The position numbers were made by a program, and so were the translations under genes. Of a stretch of 64,000 nucleotides of DNA, positions 30,155 through 39,298 are shown in pieces (position 1 is the stretch's first letter; the number at the start of each line of letters is the position of its first letter). Below the pieces are notes generated by a model. It worked only from the letters and a program-made list of their open reading frames with translations. It had not been told where the DNA came from and made no database searches. Source of the stretch: Paludibacteraceae bacterium (lineage in GTDB: Bacteria > Bacteroidota > Bacteroidia > Bacteroidales > Paludibacteraceae). Where the stretch lies: NCBI GenBank assembly GCA_017394705.1, contig JAFPXH010000007.1, positions 2,973 through 66,972 on the forward strand. The letters run 5' to 3'.

Positions 30155-31853
30155 CGTAACAGACATATTGCAAGAATGTTTCATAAATCTACAACTAACA
30201 GAGGATGTCACCAAGGTAAACGTAAAGAAAGTTTTGACTAGTCCTCTTATCGCAGCAAAGTATATTGAATGTTGGGAGGTTAAACCGTTGATATCGGTTT
30301 CAGGAATGGCGAAGCGCATTACATTGTATATGTGCTTCGATTCTTCTTTCCCATATTCTTGGCCAGATATATATTTCATAGATAAACAATATGATTATTT
30401 AGCTCATATCGGGTATGATGACCGGAAATTATGTTTGTTTCCAGATGAAACAATGACCAATCCTCAAGACCCGGAAGAGATGATAGATGATTCTCTAAAA
30501 ATTGCACGTCAATTGTTGAGAAAAAATATAGAAGGAGAATTAAATGATGATTTTAAGCACGAAATATTAAGTTATTGGAGATATACCTACGATAAGGAAT
30601 CATATATTGGAACGGGATATATACTAAGTCGTTCGACTCTTTCTGAAGATGTACAATTGAAGGCTCGCTTCGCAAAAAATGACCTATTTATCTTCGACGA
30701 AGCGGATACGACATCTATCCGTATACTGAAGAATTGCTGCGGAGAACCAGAAGGGCGAATCTATGATGTTCTGTTTGTCTCTAAATATATAGTGCCAGAT
30801 AGACCTCCATATCATATTACTCCTTCTAAATTAGAAAAGAACACATTAAGTTCTTTTGATGATATTAAAAGATTTATTGCGGAGCATAAAAACACTTATT
30901 CATATCTTTTATTTCCTATACCAGATACTACATCATTCGGAGCTGTGCGTATCCCACCAACTCCAACTGTATTAAACGGATTTAGGCCGGGTAAGGTTTC
31001 TCCCTTACAATATTTGTTTACTATGAATAAATCAGAATGCATGCTCCGTTATATTATACATCCTTATGATATTGAGCGTATTAGCGAGAGAACTTCTGGT
31101 CGAGTTTCAGAAAAACGAAATTATTGGATTGGCGGACTTGGAAGCATTGGCTCTAATTTAGTGTATTATTTAAATAGTGAACAGAATGTGTCGTTTGTTT
31201 TGGCAGACGATGAGTTGCTTACAGTAGATAATATTGGCAGGCATTTTCTAGGCATTCCTAGTATTGGAAAAGGCAAAGCAGAGGAAATGAAAAAATATAT
31301 CTGTAGCCTTCGTCCGGAAAGAGTAGCTTTTGCTTTTCAAGAGTCTATAGAGCAGATACTATTCTCTAAAAAGATGGTGTCCAATACTCCTGATGCCTTA
31401 TTTTTATGTACAGGAAATACGAATGCAGAACGATATATCTTGGAGAAGTTGAAAGACTACCTTCCAGAGTACCCGATTTTTATTCTATGGTTAGAACCGT
31501 ATGCCATTGCTGGACACATGGTGTATATCAACCCCAAAGATAATATTTCTTCTGAGTTTTTGATAGGTTTATATCCATATAATCTAATAGCGGAATCAGA
31601 ATATAATTCGGAAGATAAGACATTTACAAAGCAAGAATCTGGATGCGCAAATTCATATACAAATTATGGTGGCTCGGATGTGGTGTTATTTCTGTCAGCC
31701 ATGTACCCGATTATACAAAAATTATTACAAGAACCAATAAAATCAACATGTTATAGATGGGTGGGAAATATAGATATAGCAAAAGAAAAGGGAATCCTTC
31801 TCTCCACGCAAGATCCACTAAGAAAATGCGAACTCCAATCATTCCATATGTAG
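30147..31853 (+). CDS. cap2: Cap2-like E2/E1 (ThiF) fusion protein
   Basis: The C-terminal half has the ThiF Rossmann loop WIGGLGSIGSNLVYYL. The N-terminal half is E2-like (DRKLCLFPDE). 8-nt overlap with the CD-NTase gene. Confidence 0.82.
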   Translation: MRDVTDILQECFINLQLTEDVTKVNVKKVLTSPLIAAKYIECWEVKPLISVSGMAKRITLYMCFDSSFPYSWPDIYFIDKQYDYLAHIGYDDRKLCLFPDETMTNPQDPEEMIDDSLKIARQLLRKNIEGELNDDFKHEILSYWRYTYDKESYIGTGYILSRSTLSEDVQLKARFAKNDLFIFDEADTTSIRILKNCCGEPEGRIYDVLFVSKYIVPDRPPYHITPSKLEKNTLSSFDDIKRFIAEHKNTYSYLLFPIPDTTSFGAVRIPPTPTVLNGFRPGKVSPLQYLFTMNKSECMLRYIIHPYDIERISERTSGRVSEKRNYWIGGLGSIGSNLVYYLNSEQNVSFVLADDELLTVDNIGRHFLGIPSIGKGKAEEMKKYICSLRPERVAFAFQESIEQILFSKKMVSNTPDALFLCTGNTNAERYILEKLKDYLPEYPIFILWLEPYAIAGHMVYINPKDNISSEFLIGLYPYNLIAESEYNSEDKTFTKQESGCANSYTNYGGSDVVLFLSAMYPIIQKLLQEPIKSTCYRWVGNIDIAKEKGILLSTQDPLRKCELQSFHM

Positions 31854-32281
31854 AAATTACACAGGAGGTGTTGGAGGCTCTGGATGAACATAAGCAGATT
31901 GAAGGTCCGGAAAGGGCAGGAGTGCTTGTGGGGGTTGTGTTAGGAAATAATCGGTATAGGATAAAGAAAGTCTCACCTTCAATGACAATTGAAGGGGCTA
32001 CACGAACTGGCTGTGAGCGTGATGCCAATTTGGCAAATACGTTTGTTCAAGAACAATATGAACAATCTGGACATACTTGTATATATCTGGGAGAATGGCA
32101 TACGCACCCTGAAGTAGATCCAACACCATCTGGGATAGACATTTTTTCTATAGTAAAGATTGCATATCTCCCAGATAATACTTTGCCATTTGTCATTTTG
32201 TGCATAGTTGGGTTGGTGAAGAATTATTGGGGATGTGTTGTAAATAATAAAATCAGGAGAATGGACATTCATGTAGTCTGA
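31826..32281 (+). CDS. cap3: Cap3-like JAB/MPN isopeptidase
   Basis: GEWHTHPEVDPTPSGIDI equals the JAMM motif HxHx7Sx2D. Start chosen at MRTPIIPY, overlapping the cap2 end. Confidence 0.82.
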   Translation: MRTPIIPYVEITQEVLEALDEHKQIEGPERAGVLVGVVLGNNRYRIKKVSPSMTIEGATRTGCERDANLANTFVQEQYEQSGHTCIYLGEWHTHPEVDPTPSGIDIFSIVKIAYLPDNTLPFVILCIVGLVKNYWGCVVNNKIRRMDIHVV

Positions 32282-32314
32282 AATACTTATATTTTTATAA
32301 GGTGTTCGTTTCTC

Positions 32315-32537
32315 TCACGGTCTTATCTTTTTTGCTTTTCCCCCTTTAATAAGGTGCTCTCTACGTTCGCGGCTTGTTGGTGCGGTAAACCGCGGGTCTT
32401 TTCGGGTCCAGCCGTAGAGTAGTGTGGTGAGGCCCTGCATGCCGACTTGCGCACCGAGCACCTCATCCAGCCGCTCGGCGATATCGATCTTACTGATTTC
32501 TTAGCTTGTCTATCGGAATAATGAGTTCTACTTTCAT
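32315..32537 (-). pseudogene. Frameshifted remnant of a small ORF
   Basis: MKVELIIPIDKLRNQ-stop, then a -1 frame continues EISKIDIAERLDEVLGAQVGMQGLTTLLYGWTRKDP...KKIRP-stop. No intact ATG ORF. Confidence 0.3.
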
Positions 32538-32544
32538 ATCATTT

Positions 32545-33262
32545 CTTTTTCCTTTGTTAATTAGCCCCGCATTGAATGCGGATTCATTGCTATTAGACCC
32601 GCGACCATCTCGCGACCATTACGGACGTCCCCGTCCGGTCTCTGTACCGCTGTTTGGCAGTGGTGGCCCGGCTCCTTAGTAGGTCTATCACTATTACATA
32701 GTGAATAGACTACTCTACTAAGGGAGCCTGCGGGGCTACCCGCCAAAATCCAACTGAGGCTCTGTCATTTGCGGTCCCGGTTGGTAATAGACCTCACGGT
32801 CTGAAACCGCTCTGCGGATCAATACGCCTGCACGCATCGGCTTTACTGCTTGCAAGGGTAATAGCCTTTCGCAAATTCTTTTCGATGATATCTTCAGTAA
32901 ATTGTTGTGTGCAGAAGAAAGAAGTATCTACGGGAGTGACATCTTCCACACACGTTTCATGTGTGTTCGTATCTTTGGCATTTTCTCCTTGATACAAATT
33001 AACAGAGGTAATTTAATGAATGAGACAGCGGACATAAAAAGCACAGGCCACTGGAACAAGAAACAGGTCAGCAATTATTTTCTGTAACGATGTCCCCGCA
33101 ACCCGTGCCATGACACGAGTAACAGGGACATATCCTTCTTTGTAGATGAAAAGTTGTCGACTTTTGTTTTATAAAGCAATATGCCTGTTTGCACTAAGTG
33201 CTATTCAATATGTCCTCCTGTTTAACGTCTTGGAGAACCGACGTCGCTTTCCTCCGCGAAAG
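32545..33262 (-). ncRNA. Candidate long structured RNA or leader of unknown class
   Basis: Lies downstream of the -7 box at 33269..33276. Hairpin 33092..33129 pairs 15 of 16 only on the minus strand (3 G-U). Minus-strand GNRA loops: GACC-GUGA-GGUC at 32790..32801 and CGGACG-GGGA-CGUCCG at 32622..32637. About 80-nt hairpin at 32662..32740. No ATG ORF of 60 aa or more. Confidence 0.35.
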
Positions 33263-33268
33263 CGGCTG

Positions 33269-33276
33269 CAAAGTTA
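33269..33276 (-). promoter_or_regulatory. -7 box TAACTTTG on the minus strand
   Basis: Plus strand caaagtta, immediately downstream of the Na/Pi transporter stop. The -33 element is weak. Confidence 0.4.
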
Positions 33277-33336
33277 CTACTTTTTTTTGTAATAATCGTG
33301 CCCTTGCGGCTAAGAATTATACAAGTTTTTTGTTAA

Positions 33337-35013
33337 TTATTCTTCTGTTTCTACTATATTGATGACATAATCAGCAAGTTTCTCGCACTCGCAGATAAAA
33401 TCCACATAGAAGACACCTAACTGGTAACTATACCGTCCGGCTTCAATGTCCTGCAAGTTCCGCGATTTTAGTTCATTGCGGTAGTTATTGATTTCGTTCT
33501 CTAAATTGTGGCTGTAGGCTGTCTGGTCTTCCGTAAGAGGACTGTCTTGCTCCAATAGGTTCTCCATATTGCTGAGCGAGGTGTCTGTGAGCGTCATCAT
33601 CTGTGTGATCCGGTGCCGTTGCTCGTCGGTAAACGGGTCCGTGCAGTTCTCGCGTTTACGGCTGAGTGTCCGCGCCAGATGGAAGCAACTGTCGCCGATG
33701 GATTCCAGTTCGTCCACTTGACGCAGCATTTTCGTGATTTGGGCTTTCGAACTGTCGGACAAGCGTCCCTCGCTCACGCGCCGCAAATATGTGGCAATCT
33801 CTATCTCCATGCGGTCTGTAATGGCTTCGTATTTCTCTATACGACTGTAGATACCGACGAACTGCTCATTGTTCTCCGTAGTAAGTAGCGTGTTGACAAA
33901 TCCGAACATTCGATGGCAACGCTCTGCAAAGAGGCTGATTTCCTTTTTGGCTTGCATGAGGTTCAGTTCACTTGTCGAGAGCAGACCGCCGGAGAGGTAA
34001 CGCAGACGCGATTTCTCGTCCTGTTCGGTCTTGATAGGAAGCACCCAACAAACGAAGCGTTCAATCTGTGGCACAAAGCCGATTTGCAGCAGGGTGTTCA
34101 TTAGGTTGAAGCAAGTGTGGAAAGCAGAAACCAGATACATGTTGTTTGATTCCGCACCCAACACATCGGTCACAAGCCATTCGACGGCGTGGATGGTCGG
34201 ATAGAAGAACGCAAGCACGACTATCACGCCGAAGACATTGAAAAATAGGTGCGCGAGTGCAGCGCGTTTGGCTTGTATGTTTGCGGTCAGCGATGCAAGA
34301 AAGGCGGTAATGGTAGTACCTATATTCTCACCCAACGTGAGCGCCACGGCTTGTGCGAAACCGAAACCGGGTATATCCATGCCGAAGAGCATCAGCGTGA
34401 CAGCCATAGACGCGGAGGACGACTGCATCAGCATGGTCATCACAGTACCCATGAGCACGAAAAGCGGGATTGTCCAGAAACGCTCGCAAGGCAGATGACT
34501 GAGCCAACCTGCCATGTGCATACCTATATCCAGCGATTCGGCAGCCTTCGAAAGCAGGTTCAAGCCCATGAACAGAAAAGCGAAACCGAAGAGAAACTCT
34601 CCCCAGTTCTTCGTTTTCCCCTTCCCGGAAAAGAACAGCGGCAAGGCTACTGCCAGCAGCGGCAGCGACAGCGCCGAGATGCTGACTTTGAAACCGACAA
34701 ACGAGATGATCCATGCCGTAACGGTAGTGCCGATATTGGCTCCCATGATTACGCCGATTGCTTGCCGGAGCGTCATTAGCCCGGCATTGACAAAACTGAC
34801 CACCATGACGGTTGTTGCACTACTGGATTGGATAAGCGCGGTCACGCCCACACCCGTCAGTACGCCCATGAAACGGTTACGCGTCATGGCGCCGAGGACG
34901 TTGCGCATTTTGTCGCCAGCCAGTTTCTCAAGCCCCTCGGACATGATTTTCATGCCATAAAGAAAGAGGCCGAGTGAGCCGATGAAGCTCAAGATGTGTA
35001 AAAATGTATTCAT
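33337..35013 (-). CDS. Na/Pi cotransporter family protein with a PhoU-like C-terminal domain
   Basis: 558 aa. Duplicated QSSSATT / QSSSASM motifs in the TM core. Helical PhoU-like tail. Confidence 0.9.
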   Translation of the reverse strand: MNTFLHILSFIGSLGLFLYGMKIMSEGLEKLAGDKMRNVLGAMTRNRFMGVLTGVGVTALIQSSSATTVMVVSFVNAGLMTLRQAIGVIMGANIGTTVTAWIISFVGFKVSISALSLPLLAVALPLFFSGKGKTKNWGEFLFGFAFLFMGLNLLSKAAESLDIGMHMAGWLSHLPCERFWTIPLFVLMGTVMTMLMQSSSASMAVTLMLFGMDIPGFGFAQAVALTLGENIGTTITAFLASLTANIQAKRAALAHLFFNVFGVIVVLAFFYPTIHAVEWLVTDVLGAESNNMYLVSAFHTCFNLMNTLLQIGFVPQIERFVCWVLPIKTEQDEKSRLRYLSGGLLSTSELNLMQAKKEISLFAERCHRMFGFVNTLLTTENNEQFVGIYSRIEKYEAITDRMEIEIATYLRRVSEGRLSDSSKAQITKMLRQVDELESIGDSCFHLARTLSRKRENCTDPFTDEQRHRITQMMTLTDTSLSNMENLLEQDSPLTEDQTAYSHNLENEINNYRNELKSRNLQDIEAGRYSYQLGVFYVDFICECEKLADYVINIVETEE

Positions 35014-35024
35014 ACTAATACGAA

Positions 35025-35144
35025 TTAGAAAACAGAATATGCTTTAAGCAGTCCATAAATGACGGCAATTACAAATATACCTCCAACTAAAGCACGTGTC
35101 AAGTTGTAGATAAAAAGGATTTTTTTTACTTTTTTGTCGTCCAT
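35025..35144 (-). CDS. 39-aa membrane peptide upstream of the Na/Pi transporter
   Basis: MDDKKVKKILFIYNLTRALVGGIFVIAVIYGLLKAYSVF. A -7 box TACCTTTG (plus 35169..35176) lies upstream. Confidence 0.4.
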   Translation of the reverse strand: MDDKKVKKILFIYNLTRALVGGIFVIAVIYGLLKAYSVF

Positions 35145-35292
35145 AAATGATTTATTTTAATTTTGCTGCAAAGGTACGTTGTTTTAATTACAGAGGTATG
35201 ACAGATATATGACAAATCGGCAACAAAATTTGTCATTGATTTGTAATCGGTTTTGTAGGGTTATTGGCACAAGATTTGTAGTGATTAGATGT

Positions 35293-35988
35293 ATGGAAAT
35301 GAAGAACAAAACAATTCTGGTTGTCGATGACGAACCGGATATTCGCGAGATTCTTGTTTTTAATTTAGAACAGGAAGGGTACCGTTGTTTGCAAGCAAGT
35401 TGCGGAAGAGCAGCTTTACAAATTGCCGCTCTCGAGCACGTGGATTTAGCATTATTGGATATTATGATGCCGAATATGTCCGGGCTGGAAGTGGCGGAGG
35501 TTTGGCAGAAATCAGAGAAATGTCCGGCATTGATTTTTCTGACAGCCTTAGGCGAAGAAGCGGATGTACTGCGCGGTTTTGAGTTAGGCGCAGACGATTA
35601 CATTCACAAACCTTTTTCCTTGAAACAAGTATTGGCCCGTGTGGCAGCAGTGCTCCGTCGGCATAGTACAACAGATATGATAGCTGAGTCTGCGGAAAAA
35701 ACCATTACGTACGAAGATCTCGTGCTGTATGATTCATTGAAAACGGCAACCCTCTGCGGTACTACCATCTCGCTAACACGGATGGAATATGAACTATTGG
35801 CATTTTTGCTGCAACACCCTGGCAAAATCTATTCACGTGCGGAGATATTGCGCTATGTATGGCCGGATGACGGCTTGGTGTTAGAGCGCACGGTGGATGT
35901 GACGGTCAACAGACTGCGCAAGAAGATTGGTGATTATCGTGAACATCTAAAAGCCAAAACAGGATATGGATATTACTGGGAAAAATAG
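35293..35988 (+). CDS. OmpR/PhoB-family response regulator
   Basis: ILVVDDEPDIREIL, DLALLDIMMP, winged-helix C-terminus LTRMEYELLAFLLQHPGKIYSR. Start at the MEMKNK ATG. Confidence 0.9.
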   Translation: MEMKNKTILVVDDEPDIREILVFNLEQEGYRCLQASCGRAALQIAALEHVDLALLDIMMPNMSGLEVAEVWQKSEKCPALIFLTALGEEADVLRGFELGADDYIHKPFSLKQVLARVAAVLRRHSTTDMIAESAEKTITYEDLVLYDSLKTATLCGTTISLTRMEYELLAFLLQHPGKIYSRAEILRYVWPDDGLVLERTVDVTVNRLRKKIGDYREHLKAKTGYGYYWEK

Positions 35989-37174
35989 GAATTTCGGACT
36001 TACGCTGTTTTTTGCAATCAGTGTGTTGTTTTTGGCGTATGTACTGGTTTTTGCCGTATATCAAGCCTACCGCGAACGCGAATACAAAAAAGAATTGGCG
36101 GGTGTGCGTGTGACGATTATCAATACCGATGGTGTCGTGCTTATGGATACAGAGAAAGATCCGCACACGATGCCGAACCACCTGCAGCGGCACGAGGTGC
36201 AGCAAGCTCTGCAAGAAGGCTATGGTTTCGATATCAGCCGTACAAGTGAAACGAACGGAGAACGGTATTTCTATTCGGCTACGTATTTCCCGGAATCGGG
36301 GCAAATCATCCGTACAGCGATACCGTATCCTGGAGAGAAAGCAGACGCACCTATAACGAACAAAGGGTATATTGCTCTTTCTGTGATTATCTTTTTGCTA
36401 CTCTCGGCGGTACTGTTTTTCTATACTCGGCATGTGGGGAGGCATGTGGATAGTACGATTGAAGATTATCGGCAGCAAGTACGTACGGCAGAGGAGGAAA
36501 AAATGCGTATCAAACATGATCTGACGCAGAACACGGCGCACGAACTCAAGACGCCTCTTGCCAGCATTAACGGTTATCTGGAGACGCTGGCTGCTCATCC
36601 GGATCTTTCTTTGGAACAACGGCAACAGTTTCTCGGAAAATGTATGTCGCAGGCGCAGCGGATGACCGCCTTGCTGAGCGACATGTCCACACTCACGCGT
36701 CTGGACAACATGCAAACGGCGTTGACGGAAAAGCAAGCGGTGGACATGGTGGAAATTGCGCGTCAGGCTATAGAGGATGTGCGCCCAATGCTGGATCAAA
36801 AACAGATTGCCATCGCTTTGGACATGCCGCCGAAACTGCCTATGCAGGGCGATTATAATCTGCTATATACCGTTTACCGCAATATTCTCGATAATTCTAT
36901 ATTGTACAGCGGATGCACAAAGATTTCCGTCACCGGCAATACGCAGTATGAATTTGCAATTACGGATGATGGAACGGGCATAGATGAGAAGCATCTGCCG
37001 CATTTGTTTGAGCGTTTCTATCGCGTGGACAAAGGCCGTAGCCGTGACATGGGCGGCACGGGATTAGGCCTGGCGATTGTCAAAAACGCCGTTTCTCTGC
37101 ATGGCGGCACTTGTTCCGCCGAACTCACCCGTCCTCACGGCCTGACCGTCCGTTTCTCCATTCCTCAGAACTGA
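35966..37174 (+). CDS. Sensor histidine kinase (HisKA plus HATPase_c)
   Basis: H-box AHELKTPLASI, N-box NILDNSILY, G-boxes DDGTGI and GGTGLGLAIV. Two TM segments. Confidence 0.88.
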   Translation: MDITGKNRNFGLTLFFAISVLFLAYVLVFAVYQAYREREYKKELAGVRVTIINTDGVVLMDTEKDPHTMPNHLQRHEVQQALQEGYGFDISRTSETNGERYFYSATYFPESGQIIRTAIPYPGEKADAPITNKGYIALSVIIFLLLSAVLFFYTRHVGRHVDSTIEDYRQQVRTAEEEKMRIKHDLTQNTAHELKTPLASINGYLETLAAHPDLSLEQRQQFLGKCMSQAQRMTALLSDMSTLTRLDNMQTALTEKQAVDMVEIARQAIEDVRPMLDQKQIAIALDMPPKLPMQGDYNLLYTVYRNILDNSILYSGCTKISVTGNTQYEFAITDDGTGIDEKHLPHLFERFYRVDKGRSRDMGGTGLGLAIVKNAVSLHGGTCSAELTRPHGLTVRFSIPQN

Positions 37175-37556
37175 CCACGCAAAGGTACAATAATTCGTCT
37201 TAGCCACGAGGGCACGATTGCTGCGAGATATGCAAATTTTTTGCTTTTCCCCCGGAGCGTTCTCCCGACGGACGGGAGAAGCAGTTTCCGCCTAAGAGGG
37301 ATAAAAAACGTATTACAAGACGATTCTATCGCCCGCTCCAAAACAATTAATATGAAATACAAATCTATGTACAAATACTTGTTGGCACGGTAGTGCTACG
37401 GGACGGTAAGGCAGGGTTTTATATGTTTTTTTTCTAAAATAATTAACACCATGTTACTATCTTTAATCCGCATCAACGCCGAAGACGCCGATTCCTTCCG
37501 CATCATCGGTGAGTTTATTGACACAATAGATATAGAGTAAAAACACAAAGAAATGG

Positions 37557-37585
37557 GAAAAGCAGTCAAAAGGCTGCTTTTTTTA
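37557..37585 (+). terminator. Hairpin plus T-run
   Basis: AGCAG-tcaaaagg-CTGCT-TTTTTTT. Near-identical module at 39357..39387. Confidence 0.6.
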
Positions 37586-37603
37586 TGCAAAATATTGTTT
37601 TAT

Positions 37604-37635
37604 TTTGCAAATGTAAAAAAAAAGCAGTAACTTTG
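37604..37635 (+). promoter_or_regulatory. Bacteroidota-type promoter
   Basis: TTTGCA at 37604 and TAACTTTG at 37628, 20-nt spacer. Confidence 0.6.
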
Positions 37636-37676
37636 CACCCGCAAAGTTTGTAACACAGTCAAATAACGAATAACCC

Positions 37677-37937
37677 ATGATGAATATTGTTCTTCTCTCG
37701 GACCTCTTCACGTCGGAAGATCTCCAGCTCATTGGAGGCATGATTGGTCTGTATATCTTGGTTGCTATCCTGGCGCTCTTATATGCTTTCTTTGTCCGGG
37801 TCTATATTGCCTATCGTATGGCTAAGAACCGCCATCGCGACCCGCTCGGATGGGTTTTGCTCTCTTTCTTCTTCTCGCCACTCCTGACCTGGATCATCCT
37901 TCTCATTGTCGGCGACGATAAAACAACTAACAACTAA
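37677..37937 (+). CDS. Small membrane protein (86 aa)
   Basis: Two TM segments. Its last codons run into the heptad tract. Confidence 0.5.
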   Translation: MMNIVLLSDLFTSEDLQLIGGMIGLYILVAILALLYAFFVRVYIAYRMAKNRHRDPLGWVLLSFFFSPLLTWIILLIVGDDKTTNN

Positions 37938-37972
37938 AGGCTAACTACTAATGGCTAATAGCTAACAACTAA
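37921..37972. repeat. Heptad tract NNCTAAY x7 (TAA every 7 nt)
   Basis: aactaac aactaaa ggctaac tactaat ggctaat agctaac aactaaa. Confidence 0.9.
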
Positions 37973-37984
37973 ACTTACACACTC

Positions 37985-38431
37985 ATGTACTCCATCATTA
38001 AGCGGCTCGCCGCATCATTCGGCACCTTTGGTGCATCATTAAGCAAGCTCGCTTGCATTATTGCAGTCGCCCTGCTGTTTGTCTCCTGCGACAAAACCGT
38101 GGGAGCTCTTCCGTACATCGAACCGGACCCGAATCATGGCATATCGGAGGACGAGGACAACACAATTTCCTATACACGAAAAGCTCCGCTGACTTATACT
38201 TTCTCCGCGCATTTGGGCAACATGATGCCGTCCTCTACGACGTACACATGGGAGATCTCTGATCCTGGGTTGGATGAACTCTACTCAACCATATCGGACA
38301 ATTATGCCTTTTTCACCTACACGTTCCATGCGGAGGGAGAAGCGAAGGTCACTTTTTACACGATGAAGGTGGACGGCATAGACGGCTATGTGAAGGATCA
38401 CGCTCTCTCCATCACCCTCCATGTATACTAA
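37985..38431 (+). CDS. Hypothetical lipoprotein-like protein (148 aa)
   Basis: Hydrophobic leader ending LLFVSC. Confidence 0.5.
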   Translation: MYSIIKRLAASFGTFGASLSKLACIIAVALLFVSCDKTVGALPYIEPDPNHGISEDEDNTISYTRKAPLTYTFSAHLGNMMPSSTTYTWEISDPGLDELYSTISDNYAFFTYTFHAEGEAKVTFYTMKVDGIDGYVKDHALSITLHVY

Positions 38432-38486
38432 CCACTAACAGCTAATAACTAACAACTAATAGCTAACATCTAACAACTAACAACTG
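38429..38486. repeat. Heptad tract AAYARCT x8 (TAA every 7 nt)
   Basis: taaccac taacagc taataac taacaac taatagc taacatc taacaac taacaac tg. Confidence 0.9.
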
Positions 38487-38490
38487 AGAT

Positions 38491-39285
38491 ATGAAAAAGT
38501 TCTTTTTCTCCCTCGCATGCCTGCTGCCGACGCTATTGATGGCGAAGATGCCCGCTGTCGCGGATACCGTTTGGGTAGATGACGAGATGGATGTAGTAAA
38601 GCGCGCGAAAGCCACGCGTTATGGTATCGTCCAGGATATGGACACCGTGAATAACATCGTAACCATCCAGTTCTTCGAACCCGGAACGGAGCGCAAGGAT
38701 ATCATCCGCCGCTTGGAGCTCAAAGAGAAAGAAGGAAGAGTGCGCTCCAGACTACTCAGCGAGACGCTCCTCTATCCCGACGGAGCCATCCTGGAAGAAC
38801 TGGTCTTTACTACTCCGGAAGGAGAGGAAGGCAAGGCGTCCAGGACATACGACCGGAAGCTTTTCTACCCCAACGGAAACCTGCAATACGAGGAGAAACT
38901 GAACGAGAAAGGGGAACATGACTGCGTCTATTACAAGCCGAACGGCAAGGTGAACAATAACCCCAAAGAGTCCATCCCGCTCTATCAGACCATGCCGGCA
39001 TACCCGGGTGGACAAAAGGCGTTGAAGGCGTTCCTCTCGGAGAACGTGAAATTCCCGGAGGAAGCGAAGAAAAACGGCATCGAGGGCAGGGTAATCATGC
39101 AGTTTGTCGTCGATAAAGACGGCTCGATTGGCAAGGTCAAAGTGATACGTTCCTGCGGCGACAAGTCGTTAGATAATGAGGCTATACGGGTCATCAGAAT
39201 CATGCCGAATTGGAAACCCGGCACCATACGCGGCAAGAATGTCCGCACCACATTCAGGATGCCCGTCAACTTCCGTCAGGCCTAA
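38491..39285 (+). CDS. TonB-family protein (MORN-like repeats plus TonB C-terminal domain)
   Basis: C-terminus YPEEAKKNGIEGRVIMQFVVDKDGSIGKVKVIRSCGDKSLDNEAIRVIRIMPNWKPG. Confidence 0.8.
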   Translation: MKKFFFSLACLLPTLLMAKMPAVADTVWVDDEMDVVKRAKATRYGIVQDMDTVNNIVTIQFFEPGTERKDIIRRLELKEKEGRVRSRLLSETLLYPDGAILEELVFTTPEGEEGKASRTYDRKLFYPNGNLQYEEKLNEKGEHDCVYYKPNGKVNNNPKESIPLYQTMPAYPGGQKALKAFLSENVKFPEEAKKNGIEGRVIMQFVVDKDGSIGKVKVIRSCGDKSLDNEAIRVIRIMPNWKPGTIRGKNVRTTFRMPVNFRQA

Positions 39286-39298
39286 CCCACTGACCCCC

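Noticed and set aside
32794-32997. A 67-codon minus-strand ORF inside the structured region.
   Set aside because: It starts with TTG, has no in-frame ATG near the 5' end, and its 3' end runs into the hairpin-rich RNA candidate. I treat it as a possible decayed fragment.
32545-33262. Attempted assignment of the structured region to a known RNA class (RNase P, tmRNA, SRP/4.5S, 6S, cobalamin/TPP/FMN riboswitch, group II intron domain V, retron msr-msd, IscB/TnpB omega RNA).
   Set aside because: None of the remembered consensus strings are present (for example GAGGAAAGUCC, GGGGCUGA...CCACCA, a B12 box, or an AGC-bulge-GNRA domain V). No reverse transcriptase, IscB or TnpB gene is adjacent. The class is left open rather than named.
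37180-37187. A minus-strand TACCTTTG box right at the histidine-kinase stop codon.
   Set aside because: There is no TTTG -33 element at the expected 20-nt spacing and no downstream minus-strand gene. It is probably a chance match.
37451-37540. A 29-aa ORF (MLLSLIRINAEDADSFRIIGEFIDTIDIE) just before the terminator-like hairpin at 37557.
   Set aside because: It is too short and has no recognisable promoter or conservation evidence. It is noted only as a possible leader peptide.
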